DNA of 64,000 nt, taken from positions 10,800-74,799 of the IMG/VR virus record IMGVR_UViG_3300032236_001631. One strand, written 5' to 3'. Of the stretch, positions 21,120-31,816 are shown piece by piece. Numbering within the stretch: position 1 is the stretch's first letter; every line of letters begins with the position of its first letter. Both the position numbers and the translations under genes were made by a program. Under the pieces are notes generated by a model. The model made no database searches. It saw only the letters and a program-made list of their open reading frames with translations, and had not been told where the DNA came from. The DNA is from a virus (lineage: Duplodnaviria > Caudoviricetes).

Positions 21120-24100
21120 ATGAGTAATAGATTTCACAACAAATGGCATAGACGTAATCACCATACCTACGGTAATGGTAGCAATCCTGACGCTGGACAT
21201 GATCCAATAGCGAGTCAACAACAACCTTTCTTAGGAGAATTCGTTCTCTCTGGTTCTTTAAGTGCAACGGCTCCTTTGAGTGCTTATGCAGCTTTCTTAT
21301 ACACTGATCATACTGCTCTCTGTGCTTATGCAGGAACTCGTGGTGCTTTAGTTCATAGTGAAGGATATCTTGGTATTGAGGTATGGAGTACAAAATCCAC
21401 TGCTCTCTCTGCATATGCTCCTAAAGTTGCAATTGAAGCTGCTTCACCTGTAAGAACTCTTAGTGCATATGCTGGTTATCTTGGAGCCGATATCTATTCA
21501 GATGTAAGAGCAATCTCTGCTTATGGTAATTTTGTAGGTATTGATGTTTATAGTCCTAGAATAGCCCTTTCTGCTTCTGGTGGACAAGTAGGTATAGAAG
21601 CACACTCACACTCCAGAGCATTATCTGCCTATGGTCAATTTATTGGTGGAGAATTTTACAGCCCAAGAACAGCACTCTCTGCATGGGGAGGAATTATAGG
21701 ATTAGAAGTAGGTTCTCCTAATATTGCTTTAAGTGCTTATGGTAATGATATTGGTGGTGCTTTCTATTCTGATCAAAAAGCACTATCTGCGTATGGTGTA
21801 GTAGTAGGTGCTGAGTTATTCAGTCCCAGACGAGCATTATCTGCTTATGGTGGTCAAATAGGATTAGAAACATTTTCTCCTAAATGGGGCTTGTCAGCAT
21901 GGGGCGGTTATGTTGGTGTAGAATCATATTCCAACAATAGAGCAATTTCGGCATATGGACAGATAGTTGCTGGTGAATTTTATAGTCCTATAAGAGCATT
22001 ATCTGCATGGGGAGGAGTTTTAGGTGCAAGTATAGGATCTCCTAATATTGCTCTAAGTGCTTATGGAAGAAGAATTGGTGGTGCTTTTTATTCTGATGAA
22101 AAAGCATTATCTGCTTATGGTATCGTAGTAGGTGCTGAACTTTATAGTCCAAGAGCCGCACTTTCAGCATGGGGAGGTCAGGTTGGTTTAGAAGTAGTTT
22201 CTCCTACAAGAGCTTTAAGTGCTTTTGGTAGTTACCTCGGAGCCGATATTTATTCAAATAACAGAGCAATCTCTGCATATGGACAAGTAGTTGCTGGAGA
22301 ATTTTATAGTCCAAGAAGAGCACTCTCCGCATGGGGAGGTACAGTTGGTCTTGATGTTTCATCACCTTATTGGGGATTAAGTTCCTATGGTGGTTTAATG
22401 GCTATTGGTGCTTATTCTGATAACGTAGCACTTTCTGGTTATGGCGCATTGACAGGTATCAAGGTAGAAGGCGGAACTGTTGGTGGTATGTTCCATAGTC
22501 CATTTATCTCACTCTCAACAGGTGGTGGAGGTATTAATATTTTCAATAGTAGAACTGGTATCTACAAGAGACCAGCAGATTATTATGGTCTTTCACAAAA
22601 AGGACAGGTAGTTCTTGATGTTGGCGGTGATACTTGGATTGCTGGTAGTTTAACAGTTACAGGCGATCTTTCGGCTCTTGGTAATATTTCTTATCTTGAT
22701 ACTAATGTAACTGTAACTAGTGCATTTAAAGTTTATAATACAGGAACCGCCCCTGCTGCTACCTTTATTCAAAGTGGAGCACAACCAATTTTACAATGCT
22801 TTGATGGTGATATATCTACAAGTATACCATCTCTTATAGTTGATGGTGCTACTAATGGTTGGGTAGGTCTCGGAGTAGTAACTCCTACTGCTCCTTTTAA
22901 TATTGTTAAGAGTAGTGCCTCTGGTGAATTAGCCAGTGCAAATCAACCTCATGTAAGAATCTACGATGGCACTGTTAATAAAATTATTGCTGGTACATAT
23001 GGTACTAATAACGGTGGAGCTAATCCCGGTGCCGCTACAAATCCTTATATTGGAACCGAAAATTCTGTACCTTTTGATTTATATACAAACAACCAACAAA
23101 GAGTATCTATATTATCTAATGGTAATGTAGGTGTTAATGATGCAGGTGCTCGTGCGAAGGTTTCTGTATTTGCCAATGATGCAACAAGTAACTATAGAGC
23201 AATCTCCGCATATGGAACATTTGTAGGTGCTGTATTTGCATCACCTATGAGAGCACTAAGTGCCTATGGTGCTTATACTGCTGGTGAATTCTATTCAGAT
23301 AAGAGAGCACTCTCCGCATGGGGAGGTATAGTAGGTGCTGATATAGCTTCTTCTCAAATAGCTCTTTCAGCATGGGGAGGAACCTATGGTGCAATCATAG
23401 CTGGTGGTACAACTAGAATTAACTATGATGGTGGTGGTTCAACCTATATTAATACAAATAATGGTGTAGCAACTACAGTAGGTATTGGTAATACATTAGC
23501 AACATTAACAACTCTTGGTTCCACAACAATCAATAATAATGCTGGAACTAATACTACAGGAATCGGTACAGGAACTACTACAGGAAAGATTACTATCGGT
23601 AATACTGGTCTTACTGGTGGTATTGAAATGGATGGCGCAACAATCAGTATCAATGATAATGCTGGAACATATGTAACAAACATAGCTACAACAGGTACTT
23701 CTGGTGCAGTATCCATAGCAAATGGAACAGCTACAAGTAATGTTTCTCTTGGTAATGGTACAGGTTCTAATACACTTTTAGGAAATCCTGTTAACATCAA
23801 TGTTGACAATGGAACTGATATAACTAATATTGGAACAGGTACGACTTCTGGTGCTGTTAATATTGCAACAGGAACAGGAAATGTTTCTATTGGAAATTCT
23901 ACTGGATCATTAACAGTTAATGGTAATGCTGGTACTATATCTACTGCAAGTACTCTTGGTGTAACAACTGGTAGCACTGTAAGTGTAAACACAACAACAG
24001 CCAGAACAACTAACTTAAACACTGGTACTGGTGCTGTAACAACAACCATTGGTAATGCTGGTACTGTTGCAGTTGCTGGTAGTACGGCAGTTACACTAAC

Positions 24101-25373
24101 AGGACCTACTACAATCAATAATAATGCTGGAACTAATACTACAGTTATTAATACAGGAACAACCACAGGTAATATTCAGATTGGTAATACTACTGGTTCT
24201 ACTACTGCATTAGTTGGTATCGGAACAAGTCCTTCAGTAAGATTAGATATCAGTAATAATGCAACAGTACCATCTGCTGCCACAGGAACAACTGTCCATG
24301 TGACTCAAACTGATAGTACAAATAATAGAGTATTAGTTGATTCATTTGGTTTGGTTAGTGTTGCTAGACCAGCCTTCACAGGAAGACATGCAAGAAATAC
24401 TGCCGCATCTCCAACTGCTGTTTCAACTGATGATGTTCTTTGTGAATTCACTGGTCAAGGATATGGAGCTACTGGATATTCAAGTACTTCTCGTGGTAGA
24501 ATGACAATTCGTTCTGCTGAAGGATGGACTGATACAGCACAAGGAACATATTTAACATATGAAACTACAACAATAGGCGGTACTTCAACAACAGAAAAAT
24601 TAAGAATTACAGATGCTGGAAATGTCGGTATTGGTACAAATAATCCAGCTGCAACCTTAACTGTTAATGGTCAGATAAGTGCAAACGGAGCAATTACATC
24701 AACAAATGGTTTTACAACCATTGATAGATTTGGTACTAATTACTCTGTATTTTATAGAGCAAACGACAAGACCAAACTTTATGATAGTTCTTATGGTGAT
24801 GTATTATATTATGATACATCTGGTCAGGTTGGTATTGGTGGAATACCAACTAGTGGTAAAAGACTATCTGTGTCAGGAGATTTATATTTTACTGGAGAAA
24901 TTAATGGACCTCTTGCAAGTTCTTCTAGTTTCAATAGTGCTGCAAATACAACAACTGCTTCTCCGGGTCAAGCTGCATTTAATACTACAGTTTCAATGCA
25001 AGCTAATAGTAGTTATGAATTAACTTATAATGTTTTATATACAACAAGTGCTGGTGGGCAAGCCACATTTGCATTATCAGGAAACAATACATTTAATGGT
25101 TCTGGTTTTATCTCTCATTCTAACACTGGAGGTATTGGAACTAATGCGGCTTCTGGTTCTTTAGGTGGGGCTAGTATAACTCTTTCTACAAATTTATTAA
25201 CTCTGACAAAACCTGTAGCAAGCACGGCATCAACAACTCAAGGTGCAAATATTACTTTTTACGTTCAAACTGGAAGCAGTGCAACGACAGCTAATTTAGT
25301 TGTATGGAATTCTACAGCTGGAACCATAGCAGTTAAACAAGGCTCCTATTGGAAGAAAACAAATCTAAATTAA
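21120..25373 (+). CDS. long tail fibre / spike protein with 18-aa ALSA(Y/W)G repeats
   Basis: 1417 aa; about 26 repeats; GNVGIGT / EKLRIT fibre-shaft motifs; His-rich N-terminus. Confidence 0.8.
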   Translation: MSNRFHNKWHRRNHHTYGNGSNPDAGHDPIASQQQPFLGEFVLSGSLSATAPLSAYAAFLYTDHTALCAYAGTRGALVHSEGYLGIEVWSTKSTALSAYAPKVAIEAASPVRTLSAYAGYLGADIYSDVRAISAYGNFVGIDVYSPRIALSASGGQVGIEAHSHSRALSAYGQFIGGEFYSPRTALSAWGGIIGLEVGSPNIALSAYGNDIGGAFYSDQKALSAYGVVVGAELFSPRRALSAYGGQIGLETFSPKWGLSAWGGYVGVESYSNNRAISAYGQIVAGEFYSPIRALSAWGGVLGASIGSPNIALSAYGRRIGGAFYSDEKALSAYGIVVGAELYSPRAALSAWGGQVGLEVVSPTRALSAFGSYLGADIYSNNRAISAYGQVVAGEFYSPRRALSAWGGTVGLDVSSPYWGLSSYGGLMAIGAYSDNVALSGYGALTGIKVEGGTVGGMFHSPFISLSTGGGGINIFNSRTGIYKRPADYYGLSQKGQVVLDVGGDTWIAGSLTVTGDLSALGNISYLDTNVTVTSAFKVYNTGTAPAATFIQSGAQPILQCFDGDISTSIPSLIVDGATNGWVGLGVVTPTAPFNIVKSSASGELASANQPHVRIYDGTVNKIIAGTYGTNNGGANPGAATNPYIGTENSVPFDLYTNNQQRVSILSNGNVGVNDAGARAKVSVFANDATSNYRAISAYGTFVGAVFASPMRALSAYGAYTAGEFYSDKRALSAWGGIVGADIASSQIALSAWGGTYGAIIAGGTTRINYDGGGSTYINTNNGVATTVGIGNTLATLTTLGSTTINNNAGTNTTGIGTGTTTGKITIGNTGLTGGIEMDGATISINDNAGTYVTNIATTGTSGAVSIANGTATSNVSLGNGTGSNTLLGNPVNINVDNGTDITNIGTGTTSGAVNIATGTGNVSIGNSTGSLTVNGNAGTISTASTLGVTTGSTVSVNTTTARTTNLNTGTGAVTTTIGNAGTVAVAGSTAVTLTGPTTINNNAGTNTTVINTGTTTGNIQIGNTTGSTTALVGIGTSPSVRLDISNNATVPSAATGTTVHVTQTDSTNNRVLVDSFGLVSVARPAFTGRHARNTAASPTAVSTDDVLCEFTGQGYGATGYSSTSRGRMTIRSAEGWTDTAQGTYLTYETTTIGGTSTTEKLRITDAGNVGIGTNNPAATLTVNGQISANGAITSTNGFTTIDRFGTNYSVFYRANDKTKLYDSSYGDVLYYDTSGQVGIGGIPTSGKRLSVSGDLYFTGEINGPLASSSSFNSAANTTTASPGQAAFNTTVSMQANSSYELTYNVLYTTSAGGQATFALSGNNTFNGSGFISHSNTGGIGTNAASGSLGGASITLSTNLLTLTKPVASTASTTQGANITFYVQTGSSATTANLVVWNSTAGTIAVKQGSYWKKTNLN

Positions 25374-25409
25374 GTATAGAAAATAAGAGTTTTCCATTAA
25401 ATATTAATA

Positions 25410-26084
25410 ATGGATCATAGTAAAACAGTTTATTTAAATACGGCATATCAAGCAATTACTGGCTTGTCTCCGTTTATTCTTACTATTAGTCCTTCTACTA
25501 TATCCACATCTAATAAGATTTATAAAATAACATATGACTTTGGTGATGGTACTCTTATAGAAAGATTAATAAATCCAGATAATGATGAAGTTTTTTTATC
25601 TACAGATGAAACATATGTTTATTATCTTACAGGAAATATTCAAAAAACATTTAATATAAATGTTCATGAATATCAGTTCAATACTTCTTTGTATAATGAT
25701 TATACAATATCTTTGGATTTAAAAGCACCTCCTATAGAAAGTATAGCAACAAATCTTAGTGGACTATCTAGTTCTGCATATTTTGATGAATTGCATTTAG
25801 TAGGTACAAGAATGTTTGGTACAGAAAATGAAATTCTTTATATGTTTGAAAGTATTAATCCAAATTATATTTTACCTATATTGGTAAATTGGAAAACAAG
25901 ACCTATCAAAAATATTGTCAAGACAATTGATAATTCATATACTCCTTACAAACTTCTTGCTCCATTTGAAAATGAATTTGTAACAAGTATTAATACAGGA
26001 ACAAACATCATAACATTCCCTGATGTAGATGCTGCACCAAATCCTGATTACGGAAGTCCTGATATGACTTTAAACGAAGGATAA
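25410..26084 (+). CDS. virion protein with PKD-like motif
   Basis: ITYDFGDGT; TAAATA 6 nt upstream. Confidence 0.65.
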   Translation: MDHSKTVYLNTAYQAITGLSPFILTISPSTISTSNKIYKITYDFGDGTLIERLINPDNDEVFLSTDETYVYYLTGNIQKTFNINVHEYQFNTSLYNDYTISLDLKAPPIESIATNLSGLSSSAYFDELHLVGTRMFGTENEILYMFESINPNYILPILVNWKTRPIKNIVKTIDNSYTPYKLLAPFENEFVTSINTGTNIITFPDVDAAPNPDYGSPDMTLNEG

Positions 26085-26094
26085 GATTTAAATT

Positions 26095-26892
26095 ATGAGC
26101 ATTTATTACGACAGACAAATACCCGGTGAACTTTGGTTAAGAGATCTAAAGAATAATGTAGACTCAGCAAGTAATATTTTATCTGCGATTTATTTAAAAT
26201 ATAAAAATATTAATGAAAATTTTTATTTTTATCTAAACACTAATCAAATAACTAGATTTGATTTGTTCTATGATACAATTTTTGTTGAGACTCCTATTGG
26301 CTATATTTTTGAAAAGTTTTATATTCAGGATGAAGCTATTCTTCCTTTCAATCAGATCAATCTTTTTAATAGTAAAAAAACAACTAATGTTGATTACTGG
26401 TTTAATGAAAGTAAGAACAGAGTAATTCAAGCTGAAATATATTGTTATAATGACCCTCTTAGAAATCCAGATGAAAAATATTTTGATTTCATTTTAATTT
26501 TAAAATCTTTTGATTGTATAACAGGATTAAATCAAACAATTGCAATTGAACTAATAAGATTAGCTTATTCTTCTAGTATTAATTGGAGCAATTCATCATT
26601 TTTATTAGAAACTCCTAAGATAACTTATAACAAAGATACTAAAAATTATAATGTTTCATTTATTCTTAGAAACTCGGTTAAAACATTAGGTTTAGTAAGT
26701 CTTAATATTTTACAAAGTGATTATCCTACTATTACTGAAGTAAATGGATTTTTACCTTATTTTACGCAAGATACTTTAAATTCAGGTGTGAGTTCTTTAA
26801 AAGCACTTCCTACAGCAGTTGCATACTATATCTTAACTCAAAATGGTTATATACTAGAAACCGAAGCACCTGAAATAATATCCTTTGATTAG
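26095..26892 (+). CDS. hypothetical virion protein
   Basis: 265 aa in the structural block; C-terminal YILTQNGYILETE. Confidence 0.65.
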   Translation: MSIYYDRQIPGELWLRDLKNNVDSASNILSAIYLKYKNINENFYFYLNTNQITRFDLFYDTIFVETPIGYIFEKFYIQDEAILPFNQINLFNSKKTTNVDYWFNESKNRVIQAEIYCYNDPLRNPDEKYFDFILILKSFDCITGLNQTIAIELIRLAYSSSINWSNSSFLLETPKITYNKDTKNYNVSFILRNSVKTLGLVSLNILQSDYPTITEVNGFLPYFTQDTLNSGVSSLKALPTAVAYYILTQNGYILETEAPEIISFD

Positions 26893-26914
26893 CATTGATT
26901 AGTTGATTTTTTTG

Positions 26915-26922
26915 TATAAATA
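26915..26922 (+). promoter_or_regulatory. T4-type late promoter TATAAATA
   Basis: Exact consensus upstream of the portal gene. Confidence 0.7.
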
Positions 26923-26938
26923 GAATATAATAAACATT

Positions 26939-28816
26939 ATGGCAGATCTTACGTCAAATTCCAATAGAATACCAGATACAAGTAGAAACTTTGTATCTCA
27001 GATTCTCCAAAGACTTCCTTATATTGCTGGTGCTGTTACTCCTGATGTAAGCAACTCCAAATATGAACTTTTTGACCGTTTATCAAAGAGAAACGAGTTA
27101 AAAATCATGCAACAGTCTGTTCTTACTGGACCGTTCATGCGTAATGAATACGGAGAATATTATAATCCGGGTTCATTCACTTCTGATCATGCATATCATC
27201 GTTATATATATGCTAATATTGATTCTGATAAGATTCGTCGTTTGGCAGAATATCGCAGAATGGGTGCGTATGCAGAAGTTTCTGATTGTTTAGATGAAAT
27301 TTGTGATGAAATAATCGTAAAGGATGAAAACGGAAAGATAATTCATTTAGGTTTTTCTACTTTTTCTAATTTGAATCAAGAAGTAAAAAATGAATTACTA
27401 AAGGAATTTAATAAATTCATTAGTATTTATGATTTGGAACATAAAGGATGGGGATATGCCAGAAGAATTCTTACAGAAGGTGAATTATTTTTTGAAAATG
27501 TAATTCACGAGGAAAATAGAGACAGAGGTATCATTGGTGTTCTTACAATCCCCGGTGAGCTTATTAATCCTATCTATGATAACATTCAGAACAATGTTAT
27601 CGAGAACTTCGTATTTCAAAAGCCAATCAGTTTAACAAATGATCCTTCTGCTGCTCTTTCACAGGTACAGAGCAATACAAGTCCTGTAAATTCTCTTCAA
27701 CAGCAGATAGTAACTCTTCAAGGTAATCAGGTCACATACATGCACTCTGGAATGTGGAATGAAGATCAATCCATTCGTATTCCTTTCATTGAGAATTGTA
27801 GAAGAGCCTACAAACAACTTTCCCTCTTAGAAGATTCTATCATTATCTATAGAATGGTTCGTGCTCCAGAGCGTCTTAAATTTAAGATTGATGTTGGTAA
27901 CATGCCTCCTGCAAAGGCAGAGTCATATTTAAAACAACTCATGCAACAGTACTGGAGTAAGCAGACATATAATTCCAGTACACAATCCCCCGGTGCTGGT
28001 AATCAATACAATCCACAGACAATGTTAGATTCTTATTGGTTTGCCAGAAGAAACGGTGAGGTTGGTTCTGATGTTGAATTAATGCCCGGTGGTCAGAATC
28101 TTGGTCAATTGGATGATCTCATGTATTTCGTCAATAAACTTTATAAGAGTTTAAAGGTTCCTGTTTCTCGTTTGAATCCTAATGAGCCATTCAAGGATGG
28201 TGCAGAACTCTTAAGAGAAGAGCTTAGATTTGCCAAGTTTATTATTCGTGTTCAGAATCAACTTGCCGCTGGTCTTAAGGATGCTTTTGTCACTCATCTA
28301 AAATTAAGAGGTTGGTGGAAGGAGCTTAAACTTCATGAGTCATATTTTAACTTCCGATTCACAGAGCCTTCTAACTTTTTTGCTATCCGTCAGCAACAAC
28401 TTCTCGAACTCAAACTTAAGAACTTCTCTGATATGAGTTCAAATGATGGTATTTCCAATACCTTTGCTCAGAGGCACTATCTTGATTACTCTGATGCCAA
28501 GATCGGTGAGAATATGGAATGGAAACGTAAGGATGCTGCTCTTAGATGGGAGCTTTCACAGATAGAAACTAATGGTCCTAACTGGAGAGAGCATATTGAG
28601 GCTGCTGAGAACATTGCCGCTGGTGTTGAAAGTGGTGGTGTTAGCGGTGGAGGAGGGGGCGGTACATCTGCTTCTGCAATCCCTGAATTCGGTGGAGGAG
28701 GAGGCGGTGCTCCTGCTGGAGGAGAAGCAACACCTGAAGCAGGAGAAGCCACTGCTCCTGCTGGAGAAGAAGCAACATCTGCCCCTGCAACTCCAGCCGC
28801 TGAAACAACTGCATAA
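26939..28816 (+). CDS. gp20: portal vertex protein (T4 gp20-like)
   Basis: LEDSIIIYRMVRAPER..IDVGNMPPAKAE, LPGGQNLG, LYKSLKVPVSRL, REELRFAKFI. Confidence 0.97.
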   Translation: MADLTSNSNRIPDTSRNFVSQILQRLPYIAGAVTPDVSNSKYELFDRLSKRNELKIMQQSVLTGPFMRNEYGEYYNPGSFTSDHAYHRYIYANIDSDKIRRLAEYRRMGAYAEVSDCLDEICDEIIVKDENGKIIHLGFSTFSNLNQEVKNELLKEFNKFISIYDLEHKGWGYARRILTEGELFFENVIHEENRDRGIIGVLTIPGELINPIYDNIQNNVIENFVFQKPISLTNDPSAALSQVQSNTSPVNSLQQQIVTLQGNQVTYMHSGMWNEDQSIRIPFIENCRRAYKQLSLLEDSIIIYRMVRAPERLKFKIDVGNMPPAKAESYLKQLMQQYWSKQTYNSSTQSPGAGNQYNPQTMLDSYWFARRNGEVGSDVELMPGGQNLGQLDDLMYFVNKLYKSLKVPVSRLNPNEPFKDGAELLREELRFAKFIIRVQNQLAAGLKDAFVTHLKLRGWWKELKLHESYFNFRFTEPSNFFAIRQQQLLELKLKNFSDMSSNDGISNTFAQRHYLDYSDAKIGENMEWKRKDAALRWELSQIETNGPNWREHIEAAENIAAGVESGGVSGGGGGGTSASAIPEFGGGGGGAPAGGEATPEAGEATAPAGEEATSAPATPAAETTA

Positions 28817-28849
28817 GAAAGTTTATATTCTGACATAAGTATTGGTATT

Positions 28850-29215
28850 ATGTCAGAATATAGTACCTTGCCTTCTTACGAGATTCCTGCTCATGTAACA
28901 GGAGATACTTGGAGTGGGATTCCTCTTATAACATTACAACAAAATGGATCAGCCGTTGATCTTAGTGATGATGCTATTGTTAAGATGCAGGTTAGATTTC
29001 AAATAGATAGTCCTTCAGTCATTGATTTTTCCACAGAAGATAACACTATTACTATAATGGAACCAGCTACCGCTGGTAATATTTCTTTTCCTGAACAAAT
29101 AGTAAGTATTCCTGTGGGAGTATATCAATACGATATTAAGGTAATATTTTCTACAGGAAAGATTAAAACATATTTAAGAGGAATATGGAATATTATTTCA
29201 CACTGCACAAGATGA
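28850..29215 (+). CDS. small virion Ig-like (BppU-like) protein
   Basis: GDTW..VDLS..MQVR..GVYQYDI..TYLRG pattern; TAAGTA upstream. Confidence 0.6.
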   Translation: MSEYSTLPSYEIPAHVTGDTWSGIPLITLQQNGSAVDLSDDAIVKMQVRFQIDSPSVIDFSTEDNTITIMEPATAGNISFPEQIVSIPVGVYQYDIKVIFSTGKIKTYLRGIWNIISHCTR

Positions 29216-29271
29216 ATAATACTATTACTATAAACCTTAACTTAGATAATATAAGTAGTTAAACAAATACA

Positions 29272-30168
29272 ATGAGTTCTGCTTATCCTTCTACTCCTGT
29301 TCTGCCTAATGGCTTTCATGGTTCTACAACTTTTAATTCACAGATTAAAAGTTATGATCATCTTGCACAGAGGGTTCGTAGAAGTTTAGGAGAACCTTTA
29401 ATAAAAATTGAAATCAGTAGTGAACAGATTTATGAAATGATAGATATTGCTATTGAATACTTTACGAAATTTGCTGGTCTTGAAGAGGAGTATCTTATCT
29501 TCCGTTCCGATCTCTATAAGTCAGGTGTTGGTCTTAATGTTGGTGAATTGATGAATATCACTCCTGATATGTATAACTCCAATACAAGCAATCCTTCTCT
29601 TAGTGCATGTTATGATTATGATTTGGATGACTACAGAAAAGTAGTAGATGTTTTTTCTTTTGCAGAAGGTAATAATACTGGTGTTAACACGCTTTTCACA
29701 ATTGAAAATACAATTGCACAACAAGCATATTTTGGACAACTTCTTGGCAATGTAGGTTATGATTTGATTACATGGCAAGCACTTAAGACATGGCTTGATA
29801 CTCGTGAAAAGGTACTTGCATTAACTCCTTATCTTCGCTTTGATCCTGATACACAGATTTTAAAGATTATACCTGAACCTGCACAGCAAAATGGAGCAAG
29901 TACATACTTTGGTTTGATTGGTTGTAAGATGCAGAAGCCTCTTAAATTCTTAGTTAATCAGCTTTGGGTATACAGATATACCCTTGCACTATCAAAGATA
30001 GCTATAGGGCATGTGAGAGGTAAATTCAGTGGTACTAATCTCTTTGGTGGACAGACTGTAAACTATCAGGATCTTATGTCTCAAGGCTTATCAGAAAAAG
30101 CTGCTCTTGAAGATGAGATTACCAAAGATACTATAGACAGGGACCCAATAAAATTCTTTATCGGTTGA
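29272..30168 (+). CDS. gp13: neck protein (T4 gp13-like)
   Basis: RSLGEPLIKIEI..QIYEMIDIAIEYF; WVYRYTLALSK..GKF..LFGG..VN; FFIG C-terminus. Confidence 0.88.
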   Translation: MSSAYPSTPVLPNGFHGSTTFNSQIKSYDHLAQRVRRSLGEPLIKIEISSEQIYEMIDIAIEYFTKFAGLEEEYLIFRSDLYKSGVGLNVGELMNITPDMYNSNTSNPSLSACYDYDLDDYRKVVDVFSFAEGNNTGVNTLFTIENTIAQQAYFGQLLGNVGYDLITWQALKTWLDTREKVLALTPYLRFDPDTQILKIIPEPAQQNGASTYFGLIGCKMQKPLKFLVNQLWVYRYTLALSKIAIGHVRGKFSGTNLFGGQTVNYQDLMSQGLSEKAALEDEITKDTIDRDPIKFFIG

Positions 30169-30225
30169 CCACGAACTTATAAATTTTTACTTAATTTGTC
30201 ACATTTATATACTAAGTATAAATGT

Positions 30226-31275
30226 ATGAATATAAATTTAATAATAGAAGACTATAATAGATTGAAGTCTATAAAAAAAGTAGCAAAAATACATAATACC
30301 TATTTTGAAAAAATTCGCATTATCCTAAAAAACAATGGAATTTTTATGGTATGTAAAAATACCAAAAATAAAAATAACATATCAAAGGCTATTGAAGATT
30401 ATAAAAAAGGAGCATCTTTAAATCAACTAAACCAAAAATATGGTTTTGATCATAATGTATTTAAAAGAATTTTAATAGAAAATGGAATAGATTATATCAA
30501 TAGAGCAAAGGTTCCTATAGAAGGAGAAGTTCTTATTATAAGAGATAAATTAAATGATATTTTATCAGTTTATAAAAAAAATAAAAATGTAAGAAAAACA
30601 TCAAAATTATTTAAAGTTAAAGAGTGTAATCTATATAGATTTTTAAAAAATGAAAATCTTTTAATTAAAAAACATGAAAAAATATCTGTAGAAAAAGAAA
30701 ACCAGATAAAAAATGAAATATATGATCTCTATATAAATCAAAATCTTAATACTTCTGATATAGGTAAAAAATATGGTATTACTCGTTACAATATTAAGAA
30801 AATTCTAACCTCTAATTTTGGAGAAGCTATAATAAAAACAAAAAGTGATATAACCAGAGATATGAATTACTCTATAGAACACCAAACCAAATGTCATAAA
30901 GGATTAGCTAAAAAAAGTCCTTATATTCTACCATCAGGAAAAATTATTGGATTACAAGGATATGAGCATGATTTTCTAGATTATACTTTCAAACATAGCA
31001 ATTTATCAGAAGATGATTTTAATTTTGAAAATAAACTTAGAATAAAATTATCAGACAAAAAAATAAAACATAAACATTATTATCCTGATTTTTATTTACA
31101 GAAATATAACATTGTTATAGAGATAAAATCTTGGTATACCTTTAATATGAATGTTTATCTCAACAAGAAAAAAATTAAAAAAACCAAAGAGTCTGGATAT
31201 TCTATGCTTTTGATAAAAGATAAAAACTATTCAAAATATAGAAAATTTTTAGAAACTCATAATTTATTAAAATGA
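30226..31275 (+). CDS. putative free-standing homing endonuclease (HTH repeats plus PD-(D/E)XK domain)
   Basis: Repeated HTH-like segments; YYPDFY...IEIKS nuclease motif; very A-rich; ATG 30226 after TAAGTA. Confidence 0.7.
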   Translation: MNINLIIEDYNRLKSIKKVAKIHNTYFEKIRIILKNNGIFMVCKNTKNKNNISKAIEDYKKGASLNQLNQKYGFDHNVFKRILIENGIDYINRAKVPIEGEVLIIRDKLNDILSVYKKNKNVRKTSKLFKVKECNLYRFLKNENLLIKKHEKISVEKENQIKNEIYDLYINQNLNTSDIGKKYGITRYNIKKILTSNFGEAIIKTKSDITRDMNYSIEHQTKCHKGLAKKSPYILPSGKIIGLQGYEHDFLDYTFKHSNLSEDDFNFENKLRIKLSDKKIKHKHYYPDFYLQKYNIVIEIKSWYTFNMNVYLNKKKIKKTKESGYSMLLIKDKNYSKYRKFLETHNLLK

Positions 31276-31733
31276 AACCAAAATTAGGGAAAAAAAATAA
31301 AAAATTTATACAAGGTTTTTTTAAACCAATGTTTCCTAAAAAATACATAGGTTCTGATCCAGTATATAGATCATCACTTGAGCTTAAAACAATGCGTTGG
31401 TTTGATAACAATCCTAATGTTGTTACATGGGGATCAGAAAGTGTTATTATTCCTTATCAGTCTCCTCTTGATGGGAGAGTACATAGATACTTTGTAGACT
31501 TTGTTGTAGCTTTGAAGGAAAAGGATGGAAATATAAAAAAACTGCTTATTGAGGTAAAACCTTATAAGCAAACATTAAGACCAGAGGCAACAAGAAATAA
31601 AAAACCAAAGACAATGATCTATGAGCAAACAGAATGGGTAAAGAATCAAGCTAAGTGGTCGGCTGCTGAACAATATGCAAAATTAAAAGGTTATCAGTTT
31701 GTTATTTTAACAGAAAAACATATAAACAATTGA
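31272..31733 (+). CDS. gp4: head completion nuclease (T4 gp4-like, TnsA-like)
   Basis: YRSSLE, WGSESVIIPY.SP.DGRVHRYFVDF, IEVKP, NQAKW, F.ILTE. Confidence 0.93.
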   Translation: MKPKLGKKNKKFIQGFFKPMFPKKYIGSDPVYRSSLELKTMRWFDNNPNVVTWGSESVIIPYQSPLDGRVHRYFVDFVVALKEKDGNIKKLLIEVKPYKQTLRPEATRNKKPKTMIYEQTEWVKNQAKWSAAEQYAKLKGYQFVILTEKHINN

Positions 31734-31816
31734 TTATTGAATTTTTAGTGTAAATATAGAAACAGAAAATAATTAGTAAAAAAGAGTAAGTTAATAATAA
31801 ATATATTAAGAACATT

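Noticed and set aside
23444-24166. 240-aa antisense ORF inside the fibre gene, and similar antisense or overlapping ORFs (e.g. 28486-28836, 3812-4234, 1217-1639, 21013-21414)
   Set aside because: Antisense shadows of biased codon usage in well-supported genes; no motifs or promoters.
28620-28816. GC-rich Gly/Ala/Glu tail of the portal as a possible insertion
   Set aside because: Low-complexity C-terminal extensions are common in gp20 homologues, and it is in frame with no mobile-element signs.
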